Assembly: GCF_031769215.1 (NCBI RefSeq) | Contig: NW_026782359.1 | Coordinates: forward strand, 310,001-374,000 | Direction: 5' to 3' | Source of the DNA: Ylistrum balloti | Taxonomy: Eukaryota | Length of the DNA: 64,000 bases | In this document: positions 12,986 through 26,196 of the stretch, one piece after another | Position numbering within the stretch: position 1 is the stretch's first letter | Layout of the letters: every line of letters begins with the position of its first letter | Notes under the pieces: model-generated | Database searches by the model: none | Seen by the model: the letters and a program-made list of their open reading frames with translations, nothing else | Told to the model about the DNA's origin: nothing | Position numbers and translations under genes: made by a program

Positions 12986-13965
12986 GGTGAATTTTTTCCT
13001 ATTAAACATGAGTTACTACTAATCATGCTATTTAATGAGTTATCGTAGCTGTCTCAGAAGACAGCCCTATAGAACCATATTAAAGGTGTCAGTTTGGTTA
13101 AGTCCCACCTTTTTAAATTATGAAATGTTGTGTATTTCAAGCAATATATTTGTTTCATAAACGTCAATCGTTGAAAGTTATATCATAAACATCAAGTAAC
13201 AGCTGGGAATCCTTTGGCGTAAAATATCTATTCTCTGATAAAATATATTGTTATTTTAAATGGAAAAAAATGATAATGTTTTTCAAATTAAAGTAATTTT
13301 ACTGATCACCAGTAAATTGTTTTTCATAAATACGGACGACCAGTATTGTGTATGAGTTTACAGTTTGAATTTAGCTTGTACATCGTGGGACCCTGTGATG
13401 GCTTTGGAATGTAGAGTTGTGGAAATGAGCTAGGAACACCAACATGTATCATTGATCCAGAAAGCATATTGCCAACTGTTTGCTACTGTTCATTGATGTC
13501 AGTTAAACGCTTTCTAGAGAAACTATCCAATTAGGGAATAAAGCTATACCGGCTTACGAGGCCTTTCAATGGACAGTGGTGGCCTCTTTACGACCCCGGC
13601 TTACATCCGAATGATTATCATGTCTGATGATGGACAACGTCATCACTACAGTTACCCTTTTGATGTATATAAGGAGAAATTCCCAAATTATTCAGTATAA
13701 CAAAAATAGTGGATTTATATTCATAAAACGTTACCAAAAAAGCGATGCGTTTATAATTTATCTTGTTTTGTAGCTTTCTGAAACGTCTTGATAGTGCAAT
13801 ATTGTATGTGCTATCTATATTTCTGTCTTAAAACCAACAGTAAACATGTTAATGTGACAACAAATCAATCAGGATGACAGCCTTGCGGGAAAAAGCTATG
13901 TCTTACGTTCCGATATTCCTCCAAATAAAGCTTGAAAGTCCTCACTGTCTGACTTGACTCTTTAT

Positions 13966-14007
13966 CCCCCCCAACCCCTAACCCAAACCGCGCCCCCCCC
14001 CCCCCCC
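13966..14007 (-). other. G-quadruplex-forming motif
   Basis: The minus strand reads G15-CGCGGTTT-GGG-TTA-GGGG-TT-G7, giving at least four G-tracts with short loops. Confidence 0.7.
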
Positions 14008-15518
14008 TTCAGAACCACTTTTCGTAACATCGAGCCAATCGCGACCAAAATTGAATACTACATGTATTTATAAACTGACTCTTAAAGTCATAGCGGGATT
14101 GAATGGCGGGGGTACACTCATCAACCGTCCACATTAGCTTCGGTAATAAGACTCTACTCAGGATAACTGCAAATATACCCAGTAGTAATGGGTAAACGGC
14201 TGAATACAGATTCCTATCAATAATTACAAGGACGTGTAGTTGATAGAGCAAGTTATATATTACAAGGGGACGACCATTAGTTACGCTAGTGAATTACTCA
14301 AAATATGTGGTCTACAACTCCGAAAATACACACGCTGTCTTCAAAAACTTGTCTTGTTTCCAAAACAGTTTCCAGTAAGGGAAGGAGCGTTTCTTTTCTG
14401 AAATAAGTGAAGTGGTAAAGAGCTTTTACCATTAAAACGCATTTCCCGTCTATCACTAAGAACTGGAATGAGCACACATAAGTGATGCAGCGGTCAGCAC
14501 GGAACTTAAGGGTAGTAAAAATATATGGAACGGAATAAAAAGTAGCGTATGTTAATGCTATTAATTGACCTGATAATCATTTTGGACTTAAGAGATACTG
14601 ATTGTTAAATAGTTTTGTATTACTGATTGACCATGCTGTGTCACATGATGGGTCGTTAATGTCCCAGACATATCCTTTACGGCTGACCGGTTGATATAGA
14701 CTGTCCTATGCCATCACCATGGCAGTAAAACATATCTTCTCATAAGCTTGATTCCTGTTCAATCACCATTTAATCGCAATTCTCACCAGTGTCTCCCTTT
14801 CCCATCAACGTAATAACGTGTGGTACAATTAATCAGATGACTCAGAACCTCTCGGTGACCTGTATATCACTAATGACAGGTAAACGTTATGTCCTCGCGG
14901 CTTTTGTGGGGCTATTAATGAATATATATCTGTTGAAATTATTGTATAAAATACAATACTGAGAACAAAACCTGATCGAAAGACATGTCAAATCCTAGAT
15001 GTGGAGGTGCTATACATTTTGTAATTTTCCCATATGTCTGATAAGTTAAGAGGATCGTAGACTACATGAGTATATTTTATCCGCGCCACTATTCGAATGA
15101 TTTAAAAGGTGTATTTTAGGTTATGGCAATGATATGTCCACGATGTTTGCGGACGAACTAAATATGTTCCATTGCTAAACGTCCGAAGCGTTCGGATCCG
15201 ACTTTGTTTTTTTTAATTTAAATGACATGTCTATATTTTTCAGAATAAGACAGCGATGTACTCTTTCTAACTGGGAATGATATATAACCGATAAGATGAA
15301 GTCACTAGATTGCACATTCATCCGATACTAATGTTTAATTTAGCAGCAAGATGCCCCAGTCACTTATCGCCACTGACAGCTATATAAGGGTATCTTCAGG
15401 CTCTGTAAAACCATTTGATAAAGTATACTGTTGCCTGCCTGTGCTTCCCTCTGTGATAATTTGTTTTTGGTTAATTACTTGTTTCTTCAGCTCCGAATAT
15501 AGGCTACTAATAAATAAC

Positions 15519-16675
15519 CTCGTGTCACGAGTGTCACGAATGTCAAGGTAGTCACGCATGTCAGGAATGTCACGGATGTCACGGGTGTCACGGGAGTCAC
15601 GGATGTCACGGGAGCCACGGGAGCCACGGGAGTCACGGATGTCACGGGAGTCACGGGAGTCACGGATGTCACGGGAGCCACGGGAGCCACGGGAGCCACG
15701 GGAGTCACGGATGTCACGGGAGTCACGGGAGTCACGGGTGTAACAGGTGCCACGGATCTCACGGATGTCATTGGAGTCACGAGTATCACGGGTGTCAAAG
15801 GTACCACGAATTTCAGGGATGTCACGGGTGTCACGAGTGTCACGGATCTCACGGATGTCATTGGAGTCACGAGTATCACGGGTGTCAAGGTTATCACGGA
15901 AGTCACGGGTGTAACAGGTACCACGAATTTCAGGGATGTCACGGGTGTCACGAGTGTCACGGGAGTCACGCATGTCAGGGATGTCACAGGAGTCACGGGT
16001 GTCACCGGAGCTACGAGTGTCACGGATGTCACGGGAGTCACGAGTGTCACGGTTGTCATGGGAGTCACGCATGTCAGGGATGTCACAGGAGTCACGGGTG
16101 TCACGGATGTCATGGGAGTCACGCATGTCAGGGATGTCACAGTAGTCACGAGTGTCACGGATGTCATGGGAGTCACGCATGTCAGGGATATCACAGGAGT
16201 CACGAGTGTCACGGATGTCACGGGAGTCATGCATGTCAGGGATGTCACAGGAGTCACGGGTGTCACCGGAGCTACGAGTGTCACGAATGTCACGGGAGTC
16301 GCGTGTGTCACGGATGTCATGGGAGTCACGCATGTCAGGGATGTCACAGGAGTCACGGGTGTCACGGATGTCATGGGAGTCACGCATGTCAGGGATGTCA
16401 CAGTAGTCACGAGTGTCACGGATGTCATGGGAGTCACGCATGTCAGGGATATCACAGGAGTCACGAGTGTCACGGATGTCACGGGAGTCACGCATGTCAG
16501 GGATGTCACAGGAGTCACGAGTGTCACGGATGTCACGGGAGTCACGAATGTCAGGGATGTCACAGGAGTCCCGGGTGTCACGGGAGTCACGGATGTCACG
16601 GGAGTCACGCATGGCAGAGATGTCACAGGAGTCACGGGTGTCTCGGGAGTCACGAGTGTCACGGATGTCACGGGT
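15519..16675. repeat. CpG-rich 9-bp minisatellite (GTCACGGGA/GAT/AGT) with 54-bp and 261-bp higher-order structure
   Basis: About 128 nonamers in phase. The 6-mer block GTCACGCAT GTCAGGGAT GTCACAGGA GTCACGAGT GTCACGGAT GTCATGGGA recurs. The marker GTCACCGGAGCTACGAGT occurs at 16001 and 16262 (offset 261 = 29x9). Confidence 0.97.
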
Positions 16676-17039
16676 ATACAAAGCCTTGGCATTTCTATAT
16701 TTGTTTCAATTCTGATCATTAAACGTATTTTAATCAACTGAAACATATTGATATACAATATTACGACAAAAGGACCGGCAAGCGTTGCTCCGAAAACCAC
16801 CACTTAAAAAAATTACTCGGTTGTAATTTATCAACTTGGTTGACGAAATAAAATTCCTAATTGGTGTACGAAGTTTATTTATTCAGTTGTAGTCACGTTT
16901 CTCTCAGATATTTTCAGCGGAAATCTGTGTTTCTCTTTTAGTCTGGTAATATTAACCAATAGTTTGTAGCTGAAATCTTTTTCTCTCAGATAGACGGGTT
17001 TACTTTTCTTCGGATATAGTCTGTTTGTTGCTTTGAGAT

Positions 17040-20000
17040 TGCTGGATTACCTCTATGTTTGGGATGTAGTCTGTCTGTCACAGTTAGACAGGTTACATCT
17101 ATCTTTGGGATTTAGTCTGTTAGTCACAGGTAGACAGGTTATCTCTATCTTTGGGATTTAGTCTGTCTGTCACAGGTAGACAGGTTACCTCTATCTTTTG
17201 GATGTAGTCTGTTAGTAACAGGTAGACAGGTTACCTCTATCTTTGGGATGTAGTCTGTTTGTCACATGTAGACAGGTTATCTTTATCTTTGGGATGTAGT
17301 CTGTCTGTCACAGGTAGACAGGTTACCTCTATGTTTGGGATGTAGTCTGTTTGTCACATGTAGACAGGTTACCTCTATCTTTGGGATGTAGTCTGTTAGT
17401 CACATGTAGACAGGTTACCTCTATGTTTGGGATGTAGTCTGTCTGTCACAAGTAGACAGGTTATCTTTATCTTTGGGATGTAGTCTGTTAGTCACATGTA
17501 GACAGGTTACCTCTATCTTTGGGATGTAGTCTTATAGTCACATGTAGACAGGTTACCTCTATCTTTTGGATGTAGTCTGTTAGTCACAGGTAGACAGGTT
17601 ACCTCTATCTTTGGGATGTAGTCTGTCTGTCACATGTAGACAGTTTACCTCTATCTTTGGGATGTAGTCTGTTAGTCACAGGTAGACAGGTTACCTCTAT
17701 CTTTGGGATGTAGTCTGTCTGTCACATGTAGACAGGTTATCTTTATCTTTGGGATGTAGTCTGTTAGTCACTTGTAGACAGGTTACCTCTATGTTTGGGA
17801 TGTAGTCTGTCTGTCACATGTAGACAGGTTATCTTTATCTTTGGGATGTAGTCTGTTAGTCACAGGTAGACAGGTTATCTTTATCTTTGGGATGTAGTCT
17901 GTTTGTCACATGTAGACAGGTTATCTTTATCTTTGGGATGTAGTCTGTTAGTAACAGGTAGACAGGTTACCTCTATCTTTGGGATGTATTCTGTTTGTCA
18001 CATGTAGACAGGTTATATTTATCTTTGGGATGTAGTCTGTCTGTCACAGTTAGACAGGTTACCTCTATCTTTGGGATGTAGTCTGTCTGTCACATGTAGA
18101 CAGGTTGTTAGTCACATGTAGACAGGTTACCTCTATGTTTGGGATGTAGTCTGTCTGTCACAGGTAGACAGGTTACCTCTATCTTTTGGATTTAGTCTGT
18201 TTGTCACAGGTAGACAGGTTACCTCTATCTTTTGGATGTAGTCTGTTAGTCACATGTAGACAGGTTACCTCTATGTTTGGGATGTAGTCTGTCTGTCACA
18301 GGTAGACAGGTTACCTCTATCTTTTGGATGTAGTCTGTTTGTCACAGGTAGACAGGTTACCTCTATCTTTTGGATGTAGTCTGTCTGTCACATGTAGACA
18401 GGTTACCTCTATCTTTTGGATGTAGTCTGTTAGTCACATGTAGACAGGTTACCTCTATGTTTGGGATGTAGTCTGTCTGTCACAGGTAGACAGGTTATCT
18501 TTATCTTTGGGATGTAGTCTGTCTGTCACATGTAGACAGATTACCTCTATCTTTGGGATGTAGGTTACCTCTATCTTTGGGTCTGTCTGTCTGTCACATG
18601 TAGACAGGTTATCTTTATCTTTGGGATGTAGTCTGTTAGTCACATGTAGACAGGTTACCTCTATGTTTGGGATGTAGTCTGTCTGTCTGTCTGTCACATG
18701 TAGACAGGTTACCTCTATCTTTTGGATGTAGTCTGTTAGTCACATGTAGACAGGTTACCTCTATCTTTGGGATGTAGTCTGTCTGTCACATGTAGACAGG
18801 TTACCTCTATCTTTGGGATGTAGTCTGTCTGTCACATGTAGACAGGTTACCTCTATCTTTGGGATGTAGTCTGTCTGTCACATGTAGACAGGTTATCTTT
18901 ATCTTTGGGATGTAGTCTGTTAGTCACTTGTAGACAGGTTACCTCTATGTTTGGGATGTAGTCTGTCTGTCACATGTAGACACTATCTTTGGGATGTAGA
19001 CAGGTAGACAGGTTACCTCTATCTTTGGGATGTAGTCTGTCTGTCACATGTAGACAGGTTATCTTTATCTTTGGGATGTAGTCTGTTAGTCACAGGTAGA
19101 CAGGTTATCTTTATCTTTGGGATGTAGTCTGTCTGTCACATGTAGACAGATTACCTCTATCTTTGGGATGTAGTCTGTCTGTCACATGTAGACAGGTTGC
19201 CTCTATCTTTGGGATGTAGTCTGTCTGTCACATGTAGACAGGTTATCTTTATCTTTGGGATGTAGTCTGTTAGTCACTTGTAGACAGGTTACCTCTATGT
19301 TTGGGATGTAGTCTGTCTGTCTGTCACATGTAGACAGGTTATCTTTATCTTTGGGATGTAGTCTGTTAGTCACTTGTAGACAGGTTACCTCTATGTTTGG
19401 GATGTAGTCTGTCTGTCACATGTAGACAGGTTACCTCTATCTTTGGGATGTAGTCTGTTAGTCACAGGTAGACAGGTTACCTCTATGTTTGGGATGTAGT
19501 CTGTCTGTCACAGGTAGACAGGTTACCTCTATCTTTTGGATGTAGTCTGTTAGTCACAGGTAGACAGGTTACCTCTATGTTTGGGATGTAGTCTGTCTGT
19601 CACATGTAGACAGGTTACCTCTATCTTTTGGATGTAGTCTGTTAGTCACAGGTAGACAGGTTACCTCTATCTTTGGGATGTAGTTTGTCTGACACATGTA
19701 GACAGGTTATCTTTATCTTTGGGATGTAGTCTGTTAGTCACAGGTAGACAGGTTATCTTTATCTTTGGGATGTATTCTGTTTGTCACATGTAGACAGGTT
19801 ATATTTATCTTTGGGATGTAGTCTGTCTGTCACTGGTAGACAGGTTACCTCTATCTTTGGGATGTAGTCTGTTAGTCACAGGTAGACAGGTTATCTTTAT
19901 CTTTGGGATGTAGTCTGTTTGTCACATGTAGACAGGTTATCTTTATCTTTGGGATGTAGTCTGTTAGTCACATGTAGACAGGTTACCTCTATCTTTTGGA

Positions 20001-21410
20001 TTTAGTCTGTTTGTCACAGGTAGACAGGTTACCTCTATCTTTTGGATGTAGTCTGTTAGTCACATGTAGACAGGTTACCTCTATCTTTTGGATTTAGTCT
20101 GTCTGTCACAGGTAGACAGGTTACCTCTATCTTTTGGATGTAGTCTGTTAGTCACATGTAGACAGGTTACCTCTATGTTTGGGATGTAGTCTGTCTGTCA
20201 CAAGTAGACAGGTTATCTTTATCTTTGGGATGTAGTCTGTTAGTCACAGGTAGACAGGTTACCTCTATGTTTGGGATGTAGTCTGTCTGTCTGTCACATG
20301 TAGACAGGTTATCTTTATCTTTGGGATGTAGTCTGTTAGTCACATGTAGACAGGTTACCTCTATGTTTGGGATGTAGTCTGTCTGTCACATGTAGACAGG
20401 TTACCTCTATCTTTGGGATGTAGTCTGTTAGTCACAGGTAGACAGGTTACCTCTATGTTTGGGATGTAGTCTGTCTGTCACAGGTAGACAGGTTACCTCT
20501 ATCTTTTGGATGTAGTCTGTCTGTCACAGGTAGACAGGTTACCTCTATGTTTGGGATGTAGTCTGTCTGTCACATGTAGACAGTTTACCTCTATCTTTTG
20601 GATGTAGTCTGTTAGTCACAGGTAGACAGGTTACCTCTATCTTTGGGATGTAGTCTGTCTGTCACATGTAGACAGGTTATCTTTATCTTTGGGATGTAGT
20701 CTGTTAGTCACTTGTAGACAGGTTACCTCTATGTTTGGGATGTAGTCTGTCTGTCACATGTAGACAGGTTACCTCTATCTTTGGGATGTAGTCTGTTAGT
20801 CACAGGTAGACAGGTTACCTCTATCTTTGGGATGTAGTCTGTCTGTCACATGTAGACAGGTTACCTCTATCTTTGGGATGTAGTTTGTATGTCACATGTA
20901 GACAGGTTATCTTTATCTTTTGGATGTAGTCTGTTAGTCACAGGTAGACAGGTTACCTCTATGTTTGGGATGTAGTCTGTCACATGTAGACAGGTTGCCT
21001 CTATCTTTGGGATGTAGTCTGTCTGTCACATGTAGACAGGTTACCTCTATCTTTGGGATGTAGTCTGTCTGTCACATGTAGACAGGTTACCTCTATCTTT
21101 TGGATGTAGTCTGTCTGTCACATGTAGACAGGTTGCCTGTATCTTTGGGATGTAGTCTGTCTGTCACATGTAGACAGGTTACCTGTATCTTTGGGATGTA
21201 GTCTGTCTGTCACATGTAGACAGGTTACCTCTATCTTTGGGATGTAGTCTGTCTGTCACATGTAGACAGGCTACCTCTATCTTTGGGATGTAGTCTGTCT
21301 GTCACATGTAGACAGGCTACCTCTATCTTTGGGATGTAGTCTGTCTGTCACATGTAGACAGGCTACCTCTATCTTTGGGATGTAGTCTGATTCTCTCAGG
21401 CAGACAGGTT
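17040..21410. repeat. 46-bp satellite array (~94 units)
   Basis: Unit GTAGACAGGTTACCTCTATCTTTGGGATGTAGTCTGTCTGTCACAT. Period 46 checked at 21181/21227. A few recurrent variants are shuffled along the array. Confidence 0.98.
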
Positions 21411-23533
21411 GCCATTATCTTTTAGATGACGTTTGTTTCTCTCAAATATTTCTGGTGGAAATCTGTATTTTTCTGATAGACCGGTGATCTATACATTTCA
21501 GCTTTTGTTTGTTCCTCTCCGATAGACGGGAAACATTTACTTTTTCAGCTGAAGACAATTCGTTTCAAAGCACTATTGATCATCCCCCGTGATCACCATG
21601 ATAGAGTTTACACGGACATACAGTATGCCAAAGAGAGTAATATCTGTCGTTAGTACTAGGATATTTCGCTACACCGACCAAATGATGTGCTGTGTTTGTA
21701 ACCTGGGTTATACGTATTCTAGATACACAAAACCAGACTCTGTGTTAAATTGAAATATGCCATTTATTAAAAATAACAAATGACCACAGAAAATATGACA
21801 ATTACAATTTCCTGTTTATTAACAGTACAGTTATCAACTGTACTTAATGTTATCCTATCAGAGAAATCCTAAAAAATATACCCAGGACTTCAAAGATGGG
21901 GATCATATTACGCTGCATCTTAATAGACTCCATGGCATGGATATCTCCAACAAAAGGTGGATGGGGTGGGTGGTGGTGTTTACAATTCAGCACTGACCCA
22001 CGAGTGTAAAGTAATGGAGCCAAGTGAAAAAAAATCTGAACTAACGCATGCGTAGTGCCTAGCTACGAACTACAACTCTTGGTTGTCGTCCTCAGCTGTA
22101 ACATACAGTGTAGTCCCCCTTACCAAAACCTGCCGATCAGCGCTAAAATCATTGATATATATAAAGTAATCTATATATATTTGCTGACAGCCTTGGGATG
22201 CAATAACGCAGATCATCACAGTCAAATCATTATAAAATGTTATGGCATTGAAATATTAGATATACTAATCTGAAAGCAATTGTTATCATTCTGTGTTTGT
22301 ATAAAACATGTAGTTGACCACTACTTTGTACCACTATGTCCTGAGAAACTGATTTTCAGCACTGACTATAGCTCTCCTACTCTGATTCAGAACAACCAAG
22401 TCCGTAAATATCAATTACCGGAATGTCTAGATTACGACTGTTGGGATTTCTACTAGACGTCATTATAAAAAGGCATATATGTCGGACATTCACCATTGGT
22501 CCCAGAAGGAAAGTCGCTAACGAATTGCATACGCCATATTTGTGTCACGTCAGGACGCTGTCAATTTTCTAGCAAAAAGTACAGTAGATTTACAATTATG
22601 TCTCTAAAGGACAACGACCTGAGTTTGTACTTTTAGGAAACACCACATAAGATCAAAATGAACCATAGGGAGACCGGTAACTTTACTGCTAACAAGTGTC
22701 AGAAAGAGGTTGTTTCACAACCAACGCCATGTTACCGATAGAAAAAGTAATGTCTGCCAAACAGTTCCTTATAACCATGAAAATAAAAGTGTCGTATCTT
22801 TCACCCAATGGAAGGAGATTTATCATAACAGTCATTGGATGAAGTCAGTTGGGGAAATTATAGTATTGAAACAAATGAACAACAAGACAAAACTCTATGC
22901 CAGTGTTGACTGTAAGGACCAGTACCAGTGGTAATGGAAACGTCCACGTGTTACAAACTATATTACATAGAAGTAGATTGGCTGTTGGTTTTAGGCATAT
23001 CCACACAGTATATTACATGTTGATTGTCACATTGTTGGCGTTATGCCACGTTTTGTTTACACCAATCTTCAATATTCTCTCAACCGACCATTACAAGTAA
23101 AACTTGATTATCAGTCTAATGCTAAGTGTTCTGGAAACTAATTTTTAAATATTTCATATTCATTACGTGAGTCCTAAACTAGACATACAACTGCCAGCGA
23201 AAAAAGTTACTCAAAATTAATTCTGAAAAAAAATAACAATAAAATGGATAAACATACGAGCAATCTTTTGTCTGCATTGTCAATATATAAATATTATACC
23301 TTGGTTACATTAATGCAATGGAGCAACCGAATTAGGTCTCTTAACAATATAGTTAAGCTTTTATTAATATTTCCAATTTCTACTCGCCGATGTGCTTACA
23401 TGGCAGACTTTGACGTGATTCTGAAATGGCAACTTGCTGTATTGTACGAAATGCTATCAAATGGTGATAGAATGTGTTGTATTGTTGTATTACAAGCCTC
23501 GATGTGACAGCACACTAGTATCAGTGATATGAT

Positions 23534-25672
23534 GTGCTATATTGGTGTAAGTGCTGTATTGGTGTAAGTGCTGTATTGGTGTACGTGCTGTATTGGTGTA
23601 GGTGTTGTATTGGTGTAAGTGTTGTATTGGTGTAAGTGCTGTATTGGTGTAAGTGCTGTTTTGGTGTAAGTGCTGTATTGGTGTAGGTGTTGTATTGGTG
23701 TAAGTGTTGTATTGGTGTAAGTGCTGTATTGGTGTAAGTGCTGTATTGGTGTAAGTGCTGTATTGGTGTTAGGATGTGGTGTATTGGTGTAAGTGCTGTA
23801 TTGGTGTAAGTGCTGTATGAGTGTAAGTGCTGTATTATTGTAAGTGCTGTATTGGTGTAAGTGCTGTATTGGTGTTAGGATGTGCTGTATTTGTGTTAGT
23901 GTAGTATAAGTGTAAGTGCTGTATTGGTGTAAGTGCTGTATTGGTGTAAGTGCTGTATTGCTGTAAGTGCTGTATTGGTGTTACGGTGTGGTGTATTGGT
24001 GTAAGTGCTGTATTGGTGTAAGTGCTGTATGAGTGTAAGTGCTGTATTATTGTAAGTGCTGTATTGGTGTAAGTGCTGTATTGGTGTAGGTGTTGTATTG
24101 GTGTAAGTGTTGTATTGGTGTAAGTGCTGTATTGCTGTAAGTGCTGTATTATTGTAAGTGCTGTATTGGTGTAAGTGCTGTATTGGTGTAAGTGCTGTAT
24201 TACTGTAAGTGTTGTATTTTTGTGTAAGTGCTGTATTGGTGTTAGGAGGTGCTGTATGAGTGTAAGTGCTGTATTGGTGTAAGTGCTGTATTGGTGTAAG
24301 TGTTGTATTGGTGTAAGTGCTGTATTGGTGTGAGTGTAGCATCAGTGTAAGTGCTGTATTGGTGTAAGTGCTGTATTGGTGTTAGGATGTGCTGTATTAT
24401 TGTAAGTGCTGTATTGGTGTTAATGCTGTATTAGTGTAAGTGTTGTATTGGTGTAAGTGCTGTATTAGTGTAAGTGTTGTATTGGTGTAAGTGTTGTATT
24501 GGTGTAAGTGTTGTATTGGTGTAAGTGCTGTCTTGGTGTAAGTGTAGTATCAGTGTAAGTGTTGTATTTATGTAAGTACTGTATTGCTGTAAGTGCTGTA
24601 TTATTGTAAGTGCTGTATTGGTGTAAGTGCTGTATTGGTGTAAGTGCTGTATTGGTGTAAGTGCTGTATTGCTGTAAGTGCTGTATTATTGTAAGTGCTG
24701 TATTGGTGTAAGTGCTGTATTGGTGTTAGTGCTGTATTATTGTAAGTGCTGTATTGGTGTAAGTGCTGTGTTAGTGTAAGTGCTGTATTATTGTAAGTGC
24801 TGTATTGGTGTAAGTGCTGTATTAGTGTAAGTGCTGTATTGGTGTTAGTGCTGTATTAGTGTAAGTGCTGTATTTGTGTAAGTGCTGTATTGCTGTAAGT
24901 GTTGTATTATTGTAAGTGCTGTATTGGTGTAAGTGCTGTATTGCTGTAAGTGCTGTATTATTGTAAGTGCTGTATTGGTGTTAGTGCTGTATTATTGTAA
25001 GTGCTGTATTAGTGTAAGTGCTGTATTGGTGTAAGTGCTGTATTGCTGTAAGTGCTGTATTATTGTAAGTGCTGTATTGGTGTAAGTGCTGTATTAGTGT
25101 AAGTGCTGTATTGGTGTAAGTGCTGTATTGGTGTTAGTGCTGTATTATTGTAAGTGCTGTATTGGTGTAAGTGCTGTATTGGTGTAAGTGCTGTATTGCT
25201 GTAAGTGCTGTATTATTGTAAGTGCTGTATTGGTGTAAGTGCTGTATTGGTGTAAGTGCTGTATTATTGTAAGTGCTGTATTGGTGTTAGTGCTGTATCA
25301 GTGTAAGTGCTGTATTGCTGTAAGTGCTGTAGTGGTGTTAGGATGTGGTGTACTGGTGTTAGGATGTGCTGTATTGGTGTAAGTGTTGTATTGGTGTAAG
25401 TGCTGTATTGGTGTAAGTGTTGTATTGGTGTAAGTGCTGTATTGGTGTAAGTGTTGTATTGGTGTAAGTGCTGTATTTGTGTAAGTGCTGTATTGGTGTT
25501 ATTGTTGTATTGGTGTTTGGATGTGGTGTATTGGTGTAAGTGCTGTATTGCTGTAAGTGCTGTGTTATGATGTGGTGTATCGCTGTAAGTGCTGTATTGC
25601 TGTAAGTGTTCTATTAGTGTAAGTGCCCTATCAGTGTTAATGCTGTATTGGTGTAAAGATAAACTGTATTGG
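23534..25672. repeat. 17-bp G/T-rich minisatellite (~125 units)
   Basis: Unit GTGCTGTATTGGTGTAA, with variants TATTATTGTAA and TATTGCTGTAA and occasional GGTGTTAGGATGT insertions. Confidence 0.97.
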
Positions 25673-26196
25673 TCAATATCACAATTACAAATGTCCTTGG
25701 TAATGTCCATTTGGTTCAATTATATCCAGGGCGCGTGACAGTCGGACAGTTTCTGACCACATCGAATTATAGGTGTCTAGTAATAGAACTCAATTGGTGG
25801 GAAAATTGTGCTTAGAAGAAGCGAGTTATTAAATCTATGATCAGCGACTGTCTGGATTACATCTTAATAGTGTCACGTTTTGCCGATTCTCATTACCAAC
25901 CCACAAGTGTCCCCAGTAATTCATCTAAAATCCTTGTGAGATTGTAAACCTCTATATGTCAGTTCAAATATCACATGCTCGTGATTTCGTTGATGAGTTT
26001 TTCTCGTGTTAGGTATCAACCTTTAGCAAAATAATCTTATCGAGAAGAATGTGATAAATGCTGATTTCATACGAATTAAATGGCATGGCGAGACAACAGA
26101 ACACCGAAATGTCAGCAAATACAAGACTCATTGAAGCGTGATGAAACAGATATAAATAACAAATTACCGTGTTAAGTATATAAAGCAGAAATAATG

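Noticed and set aside
16303-16722. ORF with many CxxCH motifs (CHGCH, CQGCH) resembling a multiheme cytochrome c
   Set aside because: It is one frame of the TGTCACGGA nonamer satellite. The spacing is too tight for heme packing, there is no signal peptide, and the context is metazoan.
15380-16803. 433-aa RD-rich and 438-aa VTP-rich ORFs (biomineral- or mucin-like)
   Set aside because: Five frames are open because of unit composition. Variation is not confined to synonymous sites in any frame, and there is no convincing signal peptide or exon context.
17040-21410. Many CAGGTAG (Zelda/TAGteam) sites in the 46-mer
   Set aside because: Zelda is an arthropod factor and the other evidence points to a mollusc. 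The motif is just one monomer variant.
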